From: Thermoanaerobaculia bacterium
Lineage (GTDB): Bacteria > Acidobacteriota > Thermoanaerobaculia > Multivoradales > Multivoraceae
NCBI GenBank assembly: GCA_963664405.1
Contig: OY761158.1
Location: 2,496,001 to 2,560,000 of the forward strand
Direction of reading: 5' to 3'
DNA length: 64,000 bases
A program made the translations under genes and the position numbers. Shown one piece after another: positions 30,821 to 42,452 of this stretch (position 1 is the first letter of the stretch; every line of letters begins with the position of its first letter). The notes below the pieces were generated by a model. The model made no database searches. It was not told where the DNA came from and saw only the letters and a program-made list of their open reading frames with translations.

Positions 30821-33800
30821 ATGACCAGGCTCCTGAGTCTCGCCTGTGCTCTTGCGGCTGTGGTGCTGCCCGGAATCTGCGCCGCGGCAGAAAGTCCGTC
30901 CTTCATCACCTTCGAGAGCGGTCAAATCCGCCCGCTGACGATGGAGCCTGGAGGCTCTCGCCTCTTCGCTCTCAACACCCCCGACAATCGCCTCGAGATC
31001 TTCGACATCGTCGACTCCCGCCTCGAGCACTCGGGCTCGGTGGCGGTGGGAATGGAACCGGTGGCCTTGGCCATGCGCGACGAAACCGAGCTGTGGGTCG
31101 TCAATCACCTTTCCGACAGTGTCAGCGTGGTCGACGTGGCGGACGCGCTCCCACGGGTCGTCCGCACGCTTCTGGTCGGAGACGAGCCCAGGGACATCGT
31201 CTTCGCCGGTCCGAGCCGTAGGCGTGCCTTCATCACTACCGCCCACCGTGGCCAGCATCGGACCCATCCCTCCATCGCGTCGGTTCCAGGTGCCGTAGAC
31301 CCGGAGCTGACCACTGCCGGCGTGCCCCGAGCCGACGTGTGGGTATTCGACGCCACGGACCCTGGCGGCGCGTTGGGGGGGCGCCCTCTGCGCATCGTGG
31401 AGCTCTTCGGCGATACGCCGCGGGCCCTGGCCGTCAGTCCCGACGGCGGAACGGTCTACGCCGCGGTCTTCTTTTTGGGGAACCGCACCACGGTGGTCGG
31501 GGCGGGGGCTGTATGTGACGGCTTCATCGCCAGCGACGAGGTCGACGCCTGCCCGAATCAGCTCTCCGGTAGTCCGGGTGGCAATCCCGGCCCCGCCACC
31601 AACTCTGCCGGAGCGCCGGCGCCCGAGGCGGGGCTGGTCGTGCGTCACGACGGCGCCTCCGACGAGTGGCTTGACGAGCTGGGACGCGACTGGTCGAACG
31701 CCCTCCGCTTCGATCTGCCGGACCTGGACGTTTTCGCCCTTGACGCCACCACCCTGGAGCAGACCGCCTCGTTCTCCGGCGTCGGCACCACGCTTTTCAA
31801 CATGGCGGTCAATCCGGTGAGCGGAGCCCTCTACGTCTCGAACACCGACGCCCGCAACGAGGTCCGCTTCGAGGGGTCGGGCGTATTCGGTGGCAGCACC
31901 GTCCAGGGCCATCTGGCGGAGGCTCGGATCACCGTGCTCGAGCGGGGCAAGAAGCCGAGGGTCAGGCACCTGAACAAACACATCGACTACGACCATCGTC
32001 CAGCGCCCTCCCGCATCCGCAAGCACAGCCTCGCGACGCCGCTGGACATGGCGGTTACCAGCGACGGTTCCACCCTCTACGTCGCTGCCTTCGGATCAAG
32101 CAAGGTCGGAGTGTTTGGGACCCAGAGCCTCGAGAACGGCAGCTTCGACCCACGATCGACAAGCTCTTCCTATCTCGAGGTGAGCGGCGGTGGCCCCAGC
32201 GGTCTCGCCCTCGACGAGTCTCGGCAGCGGCTCTACGTCCTCACCCGCTTCGACAATGCGATCTCGGTCATCGATCTTCTCAGCGGCGCCGAGATGCAGC
32301 ACCTGAAGCTCCACAACCCGGAGCCCGCCCAGGTGGTCGAGGGTCGCCCCTTTCTCTACGACGCCGTACACACCTCCTCCAACGGCGAGGCGTCGTGCGC
32401 CGGCTGCCACATCTTCGGCGACTTCGACGGCCTGGCCTGGGATCTGGGGGATCCGGATGGCGCGGTCAAGCAGAGCCCGATCCCGATCGTTCTCGGTACG
32501 ACCGCCGAGTTCCTGGTTCCGCAGATCAACGGCACCGGCAACGTCGAGGACTTTCATCCGATGAAGGGGCCGATGACGACCCAGACCCTGCGCGGCCTGG
32601 TCAACTCCGGCGCCATGCACTGGCGCGGCGATCGCTCTGTCGGGAAGTTCGGTACAGATCCCTTCGACTCCGATCTGTCGTTCCGCAACTTCGCCGATGC
32701 CTTCAAAGGGCTGGTGGGGCGATCTGCGCCGCTTCCCGCTCACGAGATGAAGCTCTTTTCCGACTTCGCCCTCGAGATCACCTTGCCACCGAATCCCGTG
32801 CGCGCGCTCGACAACTCTCTCAGCCCGGAGGAGCAGGTCGGACGGGACTTCTTCGACGGTCCCAGGCGTGTTCCGACGGTACGGCCACTGGCCCCCTGGG
32901 AAACACCTGCTCCGACTGCCACGCGCTGGATCCAGCGCAGGGCCACTTCGGCACCGACGGCGATCAGAGCTTCGAGCTCGAGACCCAGATCGTCAAGATT
33001 CCCCACATGCGGAACCTCTACCAGAAGGTGGGGATGTTCGGGAGTCCACCCGACGCCTTCATCCTTCCAGGCAATAACCAACACCAGGGCGATCAGGTCC
33101 GCGGCACCGGCTTTCTCCATGACGGCTCGATCGACACCCTGTTCCGCTTCTTCAGCGCCACCGTCTTCCAGCAGAGTGGAGCCGTGGGATTCCGCAGTGA
33201 CGACGAGCGTCGGGGGATGGAGGCCTTTGCTCTCGCCTTCGACAGCGACCTGGCGCCGATCGTGGGTCAGCAGATCACCTTGGACGGCTCGAACAAAGCC
33301 GAAGTGGGAGCCCGCATCGGCCTCCTCATCGATCGGGCCGAGAGCTCCTTCGTCTCCCGGGTTCTGGGAGGCCGGACGACCGAGTGCGATCTCATCGTCA
33401 AGGGCACCCTCGGGGGCGAGCCCAGGGGCTGGCTCTACGACACCTCGTCGAATCGCTTCGTCGCTGACATCGAAGGTACCGCAGCGCTCCGCGACCGCGA
33501 TCTACGGGCACTCGCCGGCAGGGGTCAAGAGCTCACCTACACTTGTGCGCCCCCGGGCTCCGGGCGGCGCATGGGCATCGACCGCGACCTCGACGGCTAC
33601 CTGGACGGCGACGAGCGAGCCGCGGGCTCCAACCCAGCAGACGGCGGAAGCATTCCAGTGCTATGCACCCCGTCCGCCACGCGGCTCTGCCTTAACGACC
33701 GACGTTTCGAGGTCGAGGTCGACTGGAAGGACTTCCAGGATCGGCGCGCCGCCGGCCAGGTCGTTCCGTTCATGTCGGCCGACTCGGGCATCTTCTGGTT

Positions 33801-34266
33801 CTCCTCCCCGGAGAACTGGGAATTGATGATCAAGGTTCTCGACGGCTGCACTCTCAACAATCGCTTCTGGGTGTTCTCGGCGGCTACGACCAATGCCGAG
33901 TACAGCTTGCGGGTGCGCGACACCTGGACCGACGTCACCCGAAGCTGGTTCAACGCGTCGGGAAATCCGGCACCGGCGGTAACCGAGACTGGAGCTTTCG
34001 CGACCTGTGAGGCGAGCCCGCCCGACGAGCAGGCCACCTCGGCCGAGAGGATGCCGGCAGCTCCCGCCTCGCAGTTCGCGGCCGGCCACCCTCGTGGCGA
34101 GGGCGAGGCCTGCATCCCCGACGCGGAGACCCTCTGTCTCAACGAAGGTCGCTTCCGGGTCGAGGTCGAGTGGCAGGACTTCAAGCAGCGCACCGGTCGC
34201 GGCCAGGTGGTGCCCCCGGCTGGTGTTGTTGGTGGCGCCGGGCTACCATCAGACAGGCTTTCATGA
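30821..34266 (+). pseudogene. YncE-like beta-propeller plus diheme cytochrome c protein with C-terminal repeat module; frameshift near 32870, 3' truncated
   Basis: Signal peptide; WVVNHLSDSVSVVD; CAGCH in frame 1 and CSDCH in frame 2; LCLNDRRFEVEVDW...KVLDGC module with a second copy breaking at ~34215. Confidence 0.75.
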
Positions 34267-34279
34267 GGATCTCTCTCAG

Positions 34280-34864
34280 ATGAACGACCCTTCTTCTGAT
34301 ACCAGGACCGTTACCCGGACCAGATTCCGGCGACTGCGCCTCGGTGTCGTTCTCGCTCCCCTGCTTCTTTCGGCGGCCTCGAGCGCCCAGCCTGGTGACC
34401 TGCCTCTTCACTTCATCGTGGGCGGCCCACAGATGGAGACACCGGTCGAAGTCATTGTCGAGCGCTGGACCACAACCGCGGAGAGGGCGGCCTTGATCGA
34501 GGTGATGAAAAAGAGCGACTCGAGACTCACTCTGCAGGCGCTCGAGCAGCAAAAGACGACGGGCTATGTCGTGATCACCGACGAGCTGCGCTACGACCTC
34601 CACTACGCCATCCACTTCAAGGCGGGCGAAGGGACACGAATCCTTCTGGTTGCCGACCGGCCGATCAGCCGCAACCCCGACATGGCCGTCAGCGGCTCGT
34701 TGGAGGAGGCGATGACGATCATCGATCTCACCGTGGACGCCGAAGGCAACGGCAGCGGTATGGCGGTGCTCGGAGCCGATGCTCAGATTGACGAGGCGAC
34801 CGGAGCGGCCCGCATCATCACAATCGGAGGAACGGTTCGCTTGGAGGCGCGCCTGGCCGATTGA
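34280..34864 (+). CDS. Hypothetical secreted protein
   Basis: Signal-like LGVVLAPLLLSAASSA; VERWTT..ER...LRYDLHYA...RILLVADRPI. Confidence 0.65.
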   Translation: MNDPSSDTRTVTRTRFRRLRLGVVLAPLLLSAASSAQPGDLPLHFIVGGPQMETPVEVIVERWTTTAERAALIEVMKKSDSRLTLQALEQQKTTGYVVITDELRYDLHYAIHFKAGEGTRILLVADRPISRNPDMAVSGSLEEAMTIIDLTVDAEGNGSGMAVLGADAQIDEATGAARIITIGGTVRLEARLAD

Positions 34865-35074
34865 GAGAACGGTCGCTTCTAGCACCGGAAAACGGACCTG
34901 CGGCCCGTTCTCCGGCCCATCCCCCCTAAGAACTACCTGTCCGAATTCTCGGACACGCTCCTAGCATCGGCGATCGCCGATGCCGCGGGTCGAGGACCGA
35001 CCCGACCTTCACCTGCTCTTGAGCCATCGCACCGCCATCAGACGGTATTTTGATTGGGTCATAGTTGTCTGGTG

Positions 35075-36184
35075 TCAGGGATTGGCGAAACGGTTCTCGT
35101 CCACGAGCCACTTCGGCGTGCGCCGCAGAACCGCCTCGATCAGGCGCGCGCCCAGCCGACGCTTCAGGATTGCACCAACCCACCGCATCAGCGCGAAGTG
35201 GCCGAACTCCCGGCGGACCGCCTCTTGGTACGCCTCGAGACAGCTCGCTTCGCCGGTCTGCAGGTAGGTCGCGATCGAAGCGGCGGCGTGCCGACCGCTG
35301 ACCAGCGCCTGTGAGATGCCCTCGAAGCTGAGCGGATCGACGAGGCTTCCGGCCTCTCCGACGTAGAGCACGTTGCCATCGACCAGGTGGTCGATCTTGT
35401 AAGAGGTGTGAATCGGGAAACCCGTCGTGCGGCAGGAGACGCAAGCCTCGCCGACCTGCCCGGGCAGGTACTTGGAGACCATGATTTCCAGCCGATCTCG
35501 CAGCTCCTCCGCGCCGCCGCCTCTCGTGCCGACGCCGACATTGACGATGTTCTCGGACTCGGGGAAGACCCAGCCGTACTCGGGAACGAAAGCCTCGTCG
35601 AAGACCAGGCAGGCGGTCCCCGGCTCGATCACTTCTCCGCTGTAGCGAACTTCGAAGGCGATCGCCTCGACCGGGCGGGCGCCTTCGGGCCGGAGGCGTG
35701 CCGAGCGGGCACCGGCGGCGACCACGATCACCTCGGCAGAGAAGACCTCGCCGTCGCGAGTGCGAACGCCGACGCAGCGGTCGTCTTCCCTGATCAGCTC
35801 GGTCACCTCGACGCCCTCGCGGATCTCGGCGCCCCGCTCCCGGGCTCTTCGCATCAGGATCTCGTCGAAGATTCGCCGGTTGAGCACGAGCAACCGCGTG
35901 AACCTGTCTTCTCGCGGACGCGCATGCAACGCGGTGCCCGAGGGCATCACGATGTACGGCTTCGGCACGTGGTGTGCCCGGGTCGCGACCTCGTCGTAGA
36001 CCCCCATCCGGTCGAGCTCTTTCTGCGCCTTTCGGGTGAGACCTCCGCCGCACAGCTTGTCCCTCGGGAAGCTGGCCTTGTCGAGAACCACGACGTTCTG
36101 GACGCCCTGCTCGAGAAGGTGAAACGCGGTCGAGGAGCCCGACGGACCTGCCCCTACGACGACGACTCTTGGGTTGGACGACAC
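35075..36184 (-). CDS. Geranylgeranyl reductase family flavoprotein
   Basis: VVGAGPSGS, FPRDKLCGGGL, YGWVFP, VGEAGSLVDPLSFEGISQAL. Confidence 0.88.
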   Translation of the reverse strand: MSSNPRVVVVGAGPSGSSTAFHLLEQGVQNVVVLDKASFPRDKLCGGGLTRKAQKELDRMGVYDEVATRAHHVPKPYIVMPSGTALHARPREDRFTRLLVLNRRIFDEILMRRARERGAEIREGVEVTELIREDDRCVGVRTRDGEVFSAEVIVVAAGARSARLRPEGARPVEAIAFEVRYSGEVIEPGTACLVFDEAFVPEYGWVFPESENIVNVGVGTRGGGAEELRDRLEIMVSKYLPGQVGEACVSCRTTGFPIHTSYKIDHLVDGNVLYVGEAGSLVDPLSFEGISQALVSGRHAAASIATYLQTGEASCLEAYQEAVRREFGHFALMRWVGAILKRRLGARLIEAVLRRTPKWLVDENRFANP

Positions 36185-36271
36185 GACCTCTTTGACAGTA
36201 GCACAAGGGTGGAAGCGCGCCTCCTAGCCGGGAGGCGCGACCACTTCTCCCTCTGCTACCATCTTGCTCCA

Positions 36272-37078
36272 ATGGGGTCGGGCCAGTTAGATCCATCTCT
36301 GTTCCGCGACGCCATGCGGGCCGCGGGAGAGTCACTTCCGTTGCAGAAGAAGCTCGCCTACGCACTCCTGCTCGGCGTGGACTGGCGATACACGTTCCTT
36401 GGCTACGCCTATCTTCGCTGTGTCGACAACGCCGTCGACAACGGACGAGACGCAGCCACTTCCTTCGAGCTGATGGCGGAGCAGCGGCGCTTCATGGACG
36501 CCGCATACGAAGGAACCCTAGAGCAGGAGAAAGCCGTCGCTCCGGCCAGCTATGGGTTGCCCTTCTTCGACTGGGACAGGGGCAAAGGGGCACCGCTGCG
36601 GGCGCAGTTCGAGGCTTTGCTGAACACCATCGAGTTCGACGTCCGCAGACGCGGCCAGGTGCCATCGGCCGCGGAGCTGGAAGACTACGTACTGACCACG
36701 GGCCACGCGGTTCTGCGCACCCTGGCCTACTTCGCCACCGGAAAGCCCCAGCTTCCCGCTCCCTGCCTCGATCTGGGGAGTCGCGCCTACCTGTGTGCCG
36801 ACGCGCTGATGGACCTCGAGGAGGACATGGCCGTCGGACTGATCAACATCCCTCGAGAGGTCATTGACGAGTACGCGATCGACCTGGAGGACCCCGAAGC
36901 CGGTCTCGAGCGTTGGAGACCCGTCCGCGCCGCCGAGGTCCTCGAGCTCATGCGGCAGGCACGAGCCACGGTCAGCTTGATCGACGACCTGTCGATGAGG
37001 GTGCTTTATCGCTTCTTTCTGGGGCGCAAGAAGAGACGCTTTCTTCGCTTCCTCCGGCAGCGTGGGCTTGCCGGCTGA
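36272..37078 (+). CDS. Squalene/phytoene synthase-like protein
   Basis: YLRCVDNAVDN (Asp-rich motif 1), ELEDY, ADALMDLEEDMAVGLINIPRE (motif 2). Confidence 0.7.
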   Translation: MGSGQLDPSLFRDAMRAAGESLPLQKKLAYALLLGVDWRYTFLGYAYLRCVDNAVDNGRDAATSFELMAEQRRFMDAAYEGTLEQEKAVAPASYGLPFFDWDRGKGAPLRAQFEALLNTIEFDVRRRGQVPSAAELEDYVLTTGHAVLRTLAYFATGKPQLPAPCLDLGSRAYLCADALMDLEEDMAVGLINIPREVIDEYAIDLEDPEAGLERWRPVRAAEVLELMRQARATVSLIDDLSMRVLYRFFLGRKKRRFLRFLRQRGLAG

Positions 37079-37096
37079 TTCGCCAAGTCGCGTGAC

Positions 37097-38464
37097 TCAG
37101 GCCGGCTCGGACGACCCGGCAACAAGCTCCAGCCCGAGATCGGCCACGCGCTCCATGGGCGTATCAGAGCTCTTGCCCTCTCCAGCCCTCGCGGGTTCAG
37201 GCTGGAGAAGGCCAAGAAGCCTCTGCTTTTGCCTACGAGTCCGCTCGCGCGCGCCTTCGTCGACGATCAACTCTTCCAATAACGCCGAAACGGCCTCGGG
37301 CGTACACCTTCGCATCGACAGCTCTGGGAAGATCCGCTCACCGAGTACCGCACTGGGAAGCGCGTAGGCGACTCTGTCCGCACCCCGCTCGGAGGAGACT
37401 CGCCCCTTCCGAGCCACGAGGTTGATAAGGAGCTCCCGCGACCGGCTCCAACCATGGTCGTAGACCACGATCGAAGGCAGTCCCATGCAGGCCGCCAGCA
37501 GAGTGACGGTTCCCGAGCACAGCAGGCCGAAGTCGGCGGCGCTGAGCGTCGCCGCAGCCTGGCCAGCGACGACAGTAGCTTGCGCTTCTGACCGCCGCCG
37601 CGCGGGATCGTCGAGGAAGCTTCGTATCTGCGTCGCTCGACGCTCATCGCTAGCCGCGGCAACGACCTTGAGGCGATCGCCGAAGCGGCATCGAAGGCGG
37701 CTCACGGCGTCGAGCATGACCGGCAGCAGACAGTCCACCTCCGCCTCTCGACTCCCGGGGAAGAGCCCGACGAGGAGATCATCGGACGATGGCGCCAGGG
37801 TCGCCCGCAGCTCCCGACCCGCGTCTCGGGTCCGCTCCTGCACTAGCGGGTCGGCGTAACGGGCGAAGGGATGACCGACCTTGACGACGAGGGTATCGGC
37901 TCTGTGTCTCCGCTCCAGGCGACGGTAGGCCTTCAAGTTGGGCTCGAGAAGACAGGCAATGCCATCGAAAAAGCGCAGAGTGCTACGACCTCGGTTGAGC
38001 ATGGCACCGAGAGCAAAGAGCAGGCTCCGCCGGCGCGGGGCCACCCAGCGCAGCAAGGGACCCAGCGCACGCGGCCCAGATCTCACCTCCCAAGCCCAGA
38101 CCTCCGGCGGCCCCACCATCAGCGTCTTGGTCGTCGCTCCTTCGAGTGCCTTCAGCTCGGCGGCCAAGACCACATTGAATCCGTGGTGAGTGATCGCTAC
38201 GAAGAGATCGGGCGGATCGGCCGCCAGGTTCTTCCACACCTCCTCAAGCACGGGTTTCCACCGCAGGGTTCCGGCTACCGAAACGCCGAGCATTGGCTCA
38301 GGCGCCGAGCAGAGAACCTCATCCTCCTCCAGGCCGTCGATGGGCGAGCTCGTCAGAACGCTGAGTTGGAGCCCGCTGCCGAACCGGGTCCGAAGCGCCG
38401 GCACGAGCTCTTGCACCATGACGTCACCCGAGGGCTCGCCGGAACAGACGACGATCCGGCTCAT
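37097..38464 (-). CDS. Divergent LpxB-like (GT19) glycosyltransferase
   Basis: SGEPSGD, PPEVWAW, VGHP, FPGSREAEV, CSGTVTL. Confidence 0.75.
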   Translation of the reverse strand: MSRIVVCSGEPSGDVMVQELVPALRTRFGSGLQLSVLTSSPIDGLEEDEVLCSAPEPMLGVSVAGTLRWKPVLEEVWKNLAADPPDLFVAITHHGFNVVLAAELKALEGATTKTLMVGPPEVWAWEVRSGPRALGPLLRWVAPRRRSLLFALGAMLNRGRSTLRFFDGIACLLEPNLKAYRRLERRHRADTLVVKVGHPFARYADPLVQERTRDAGRELRATLAPSSDDLLVGLFPGSREAEVDCLLPVMLDAVSRLRCRFGDRLKVVAAASDERRATQIRSFLDDPARRRSEAQATVVAGQAAATLSAADFGLLCSGTVTLLAACMGLPSIVVYDHGWSRSRELLINLVARKGRVSSERGADRVAYALPSAVLGERIFPELSMRRCTPEAVSALLEELIVDEGARERTRRQKQRLLGLLQPEPARAGEGKSSDTPMERVADLGLELVAGSSEPA

Positions 38465-38584
38465 GGCACGCGGGGAACAGTGACGGCTGGCGTAGCGCTC
38501 ATACGAAATCGACCACCGGCTCGAGGGAATTCGCGCCCTCGACCGCGGTCATCTTACAGGCGCTCGAGACGCACGGCCGGAGAC

Positions 38585-40042
38585 TCAGCGGTTGTCGGAC
38601 ACCGGGCTGAACGCCTCGAGCACTTCACGCGTCAGATCCCAGCGATCGAAGCCCTGTCGGCCGTAGTCGAGACCCCGCCGGACGATGATCAGATCGTGTG
38701 ACGGCACGACGACGACAAACTGTCCGCGGTTGCCCGCCGTGGAATACGCATCGGCGGGGACATCCGTCCGAGTGTCGGGTACCAGCCACCACTGCCCACC
38801 GTAGTGGTTGCCGGTGGCGGCGGTCGCAGGAGCTGGTGTCCGGGTGAACTCAATCCACTCCTCGGAGATGAGCCGCTCGCCATTCCACACGCCGCCGGCG
38901 AGATAGAGCATGCCGAAGCGCGCGAGGTCCCTGGCGTTGGTGTAGACCTGGCTGCTCAGGATGAAGTCGCCGAATCGGTCAACGCTCACCAGCGTGTTGC
39001 GCATACCGATCTTGTCGAGAAGCCTGCTCCGCGGGAATTCCAAGTACGCCTCCTCGTCACCAATCGCGAGCTTCATGGCGTAGACGCCGAGCAGTGTGTC
39101 GTAGTTCTCGTAGTCCCAGACCGTGCCAGGCTCACGCATCAGTGCACGACTGCGGGCGCCGACGATCGAGCTCGCGCCCGCCCAGTAGGAGAGACCCGAT
39201 CCGGTCGCGTACTCGAGTCCACGATTGTCGACCGTCTCGAGGCCGCTCGACATATTCAACACGTGGCGCAGAGTGATCGCGCTGCGTGGGTCCGTCTGCG
39301 GAGAGCGTGCCGCGGGGAACCAGTCGAAACCGAGCGGCTCGTCGAGGGCAAGGCGGCCTTCGTCGACGAGCATCCCGATGAGCGTCACCGCGATGCTCTT
39401 TGCCGTCGACCACGTCCGCGTCTTCGTCGTCACCTCGATGCCCGGCGCGTAGCGCTCGTGAAGGATCTTGCCGCGGTGCACGACCATCAGGCTGAGCGTC
39501 ACCTGCTCCGGCGACTCGCGGTCGAAGGCCCAGTCCGAGGCGGCCTCGAGGGCAGCCGCGTCTACCCCGGAAGGGATCGACATGTCCTCAACGAGGTCAC
39601 CGTCGGGCCATGCGATCGTGGCCGGGTCACCGGGCGGCGGTGCCAGCGTGAGCTCGGGCAAGTCCGCGATCTGCTCAAAGGTCTGGTCGGGCGCCATGAT
39701 CACGCACCCGATCCCCTGTCGGTATGCGGCCCTCATGATCGGTGCGCTCTCCGAGGCGCCGATCTCCACCGCCTTGCGATCCCAGTCGACGACGTAATCG
39801 CCACCCTGGGCCGTGCCGACAGGCTGAGGAAGGAACGCCAGCTCCTGGTCGAAGACCTGCTCGAGAGTCCGCTCGCCGGTGAACAGTCCGTTGCACATGA
39901 GAACCGCCTGCTGCCCGTGCCGCACCATGTCTCGCTGCGGACGCCAGTAGTCGTAGCTCTCCTCCTGGGCGGCCACGCGGTCGGCGTCGACCAGAGAGCC
40001 GATCACTGCGAGTGCGAGGAACGCGATGTGAGTGCCTTTCAT
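38585..40042 (-). CDS. Beta-lactamase-family serine hydrolase
   Basis: WSTAKS (SxxK), TLRHVLNMSSG, YEN, ARDLARFG. Confidence 0.88.
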   Translation of the reverse strand: MKGTHIAFLALAVIGSLVDADRVAAQEESYDYWRPQRDMVRHGQQAVLMCNGLFTGERTLEQVFDQELAFLPQPVGTAQGGDYVVDWDRKAVEIGASESAPIMRAAYRQGIGCVIMAPDQTFEQIADLPELTLAPPPGDPATIAWPDGDLVEDMSIPSGVDAAALEAASDWAFDRESPEQVTLSLMVVHRGKILHERYAPGIEVTTKTRTWSTAKSIAVTLIGMLVDEGRLALDEPLGFDWFPAARSPQTDPRSAITLRHVLNMSSGLETVDNRGLEYATGSGLSYWAGASSIVGARSRALMREPGTVWDYENYDTLLGVYAMKLAIGDEEAYLEFPRSRLLDKIGMRNTLVSVDRFGDFILSSQVYTNARDLARFGMLYLAGGVWNGERLISEEWIEFTRTPAPATAATGNHYGGQWWLVPDTRTDVPADAYSTAGNRGQFVVVVPSHDLIIVRRGLDYGRQGFDRWDLTREVLEAFSPVSDNR

Positions 40043-42437
40043 GAGTGCTCAAAGGGCCTACTTCGCACTTGGCCCACTGAACAGTCTACAATCTGGCGTG
40101 CATCAGAGAACAGGTGACCGAACCCGTCGCCAGGCCGTGGCGCCGCTGCGGCGGGCCCGTCGAGCCTCGCTGGCCGCGATCGCCGCGGCTGTGCTCGGGC
40201 TCCTCGGTGCCGGCCCGAGAGCCGACTCGGCGGACGCCCAGCCCCCCTTCGCCGGCAGGATCGGCGAGACCTGGCGGGATTCGACGCCCGACTTTCCGCC
40301 CGGCGCCAGGCCCCCGGACGACGCCCCGAACGTCGTCCTCATCGTTCTCGACGACGGCGGTTTCGCCCATCTCGGCGCCTACGGCGGTCCGACTCCGACG
40401 CCCAACCTCGACCGGCTGGCGACCCGAGGTCTCCTCTACACCCAGTTCCACGTCAACCCGGTGTGCTCGCCGACCCGGGCCGCGCTCCTTACCGGCCGCA
40501 ACGCACACTCGGTCGGCATGGGGTCGGTTTCCGAGCTGGCCACCGGCTACCCTGGCTACAACGCTCACATCCCGACCCGTGCGGCGACCGTGGCCAAAGT
40601 TCTCGGCCGCGCTGGCTGGACCACGCTCGCGGTCGGGAAGTGGCACCTCACTCCGTTCAACGCATTCACTCAGGCCGGCCCCTTCGATCGCTGGCCGCTC
40701 GGTCTCGGATTCGACCGCTTCTACGGCTTCCTGGGCGGACGCAACGATCACTTCACACCGCTGCTCTGGCAGGACAACCACCGGGTAGAGGCGCCCCAGA
40801 AGCCCGACTACAACCTCGGCGAAGACCTCACCGATCACGCCATCGCCGGCATTCGCGACCACCGCCAAGCCGCAGCCGACAGGCCCTTCTTCCTCTACCT
40901 CGCCTACGGGGCGGTGCACTCACCGCACCAAGCCCCGCAGCCGTGGCGCGATCGGCAGCGGGGTCGATTCGACGAGGGCTGGGACGTCTGGCGTGAAAGG
41001 GTGTTCAGGAAACAGCTGGAGCTCGGCCTCCTTCCCGCCGGCACCGAGCTTCCGACCCGCCACCCACTGGTGCCGGCATGGTCTGCGCTCGGGCCAGACG
41101 AGCGGCGGCTCGCGCTGCGTTTCCAGGAGGCTTTCGCCGCCATGCTCGAGCACACCGACGCCGAGATCGGACGAGTTCTCGACGAGCTCGATCGCCTCGG
41201 CATCCGCGACGACACTCTGGTCATCGTCCTCTCCGACAACGGGGCGAGTCGGGCCGGCGGTCTCCACGGCCTCACCATGGTCGATCGCTACCGCAACGGA
41301 GTCCGCCAAAGCGTCTTGGAGATGCTCGACGAGATCGACCTCATCGGCGGCCCCGGGAGCGATCCCGACTACCCGATGGGCTGGGCAATGGTGGCAAACA
41401 CTCCGTTCAGCGGTTTCAAAGGCGGGACCGGCGCCGGCGGCACTCGTGTACCTCTCATCCTGTCGTGGCCCGGGTAGCTGCCCGCCGGCGCCGTGCGGAC
41501 CCAGTTCCATCACGTGGTGGACCTCGCCCCGACGCTCTACGAAGTGCTTGGCATCGATCCACCGCACGAAGTCGACGGAGTCGAGCAGATGCCTCTCGAA
41601 GGCGTAAGCATGGCCTATACCTTCGCGGCTCCAGAGGCACCCACACGAAAACACAGTCAGTACTGGGAGTACAGCGGCCACCGCGCCCTGTGGCGCGAGG
41701 GGTGGTTGGCGGTCGACCTACACCAGCGCGGCGAGCCGTGGTCGGACCAGGGCTGGGAGCTCTACGACACGCGCTCCGACTTCTCCCTCGCCAAGGATCT
41801 GGCTGACGAGCGCCCGGTGATCGGGGAGGAGCTCGTCACCGCCTGGTGGGCCGAGGCGAGGGCCCACCAGGTGCTGCCGCTCGACGACCGCGGCTTCGAG
41901 AAGAGACTCGACACCGAGAGCCGGCTCTCTGACGGGCAGCCGGATCGCCTCGTTCTGCTGCCGGGCACGAGCCCCATCCCGGTGGCCGCGGCGCCGATTC
42001 TCTCCAACCGCGCTCACCTCGTCACCGCCCGCGTCAGCATTCCCGATCGCGGCGCTGAGGGTGTCCTGATCTGTCAGGGGTCGCGCTTCGGAGGCTGGAG
42101 CCTCTACCTCCGTGATCGCCGCCTGGTGTACGCGCACAATTTCCTGGGGTTGGAGGAGCGTCGCCTGGTCTCGGACCGCGAAGTCCCCGCGGGGGATCTC
42201 GTGCTCCAGCTCCGGTGGACCCCCAGCGGCGCTGGGCTCGGCACCGCTGAGCTCATCATCGACCACCAGCCGGCGGGCCGGAGCACCGGCATCCCGGTGG
42301 CGCGCATTGGCTACATGGGTGACGAGGGTCTCCAGGTGGGCCGCAACGGCGGGTCTTCAGTGACCCCCGACTACGCTTCTCCCTACCCGTTCACCGGGAC
42401 GATCGTCGACGTCGTGCTCGAGATCTCAGAGAAGTGA
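40032..42437 (+). pseudogene. Arylsulfatase with in-frame TAG at 41475-41477 (start uncertain)
   Basis: PNVVLIVLDD, CSPTRAALLTGR, GKWHL, SDNGAS; ILSWPG*LPAGAVRTQFHHVVDL continues in the same frame to 42437. Confidence 0.8.
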
Positions 42438-42452
42438 AGTGCTTCCCAGCCC

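Noticed and set aside
35387-36271. N-terminal extension of the 563-aa ORF before the phytoene-synthase-like domain
   Set aside because: It overlaps the geranylgeranyl reductase in antisense; the plausible start is ATG at 36272.
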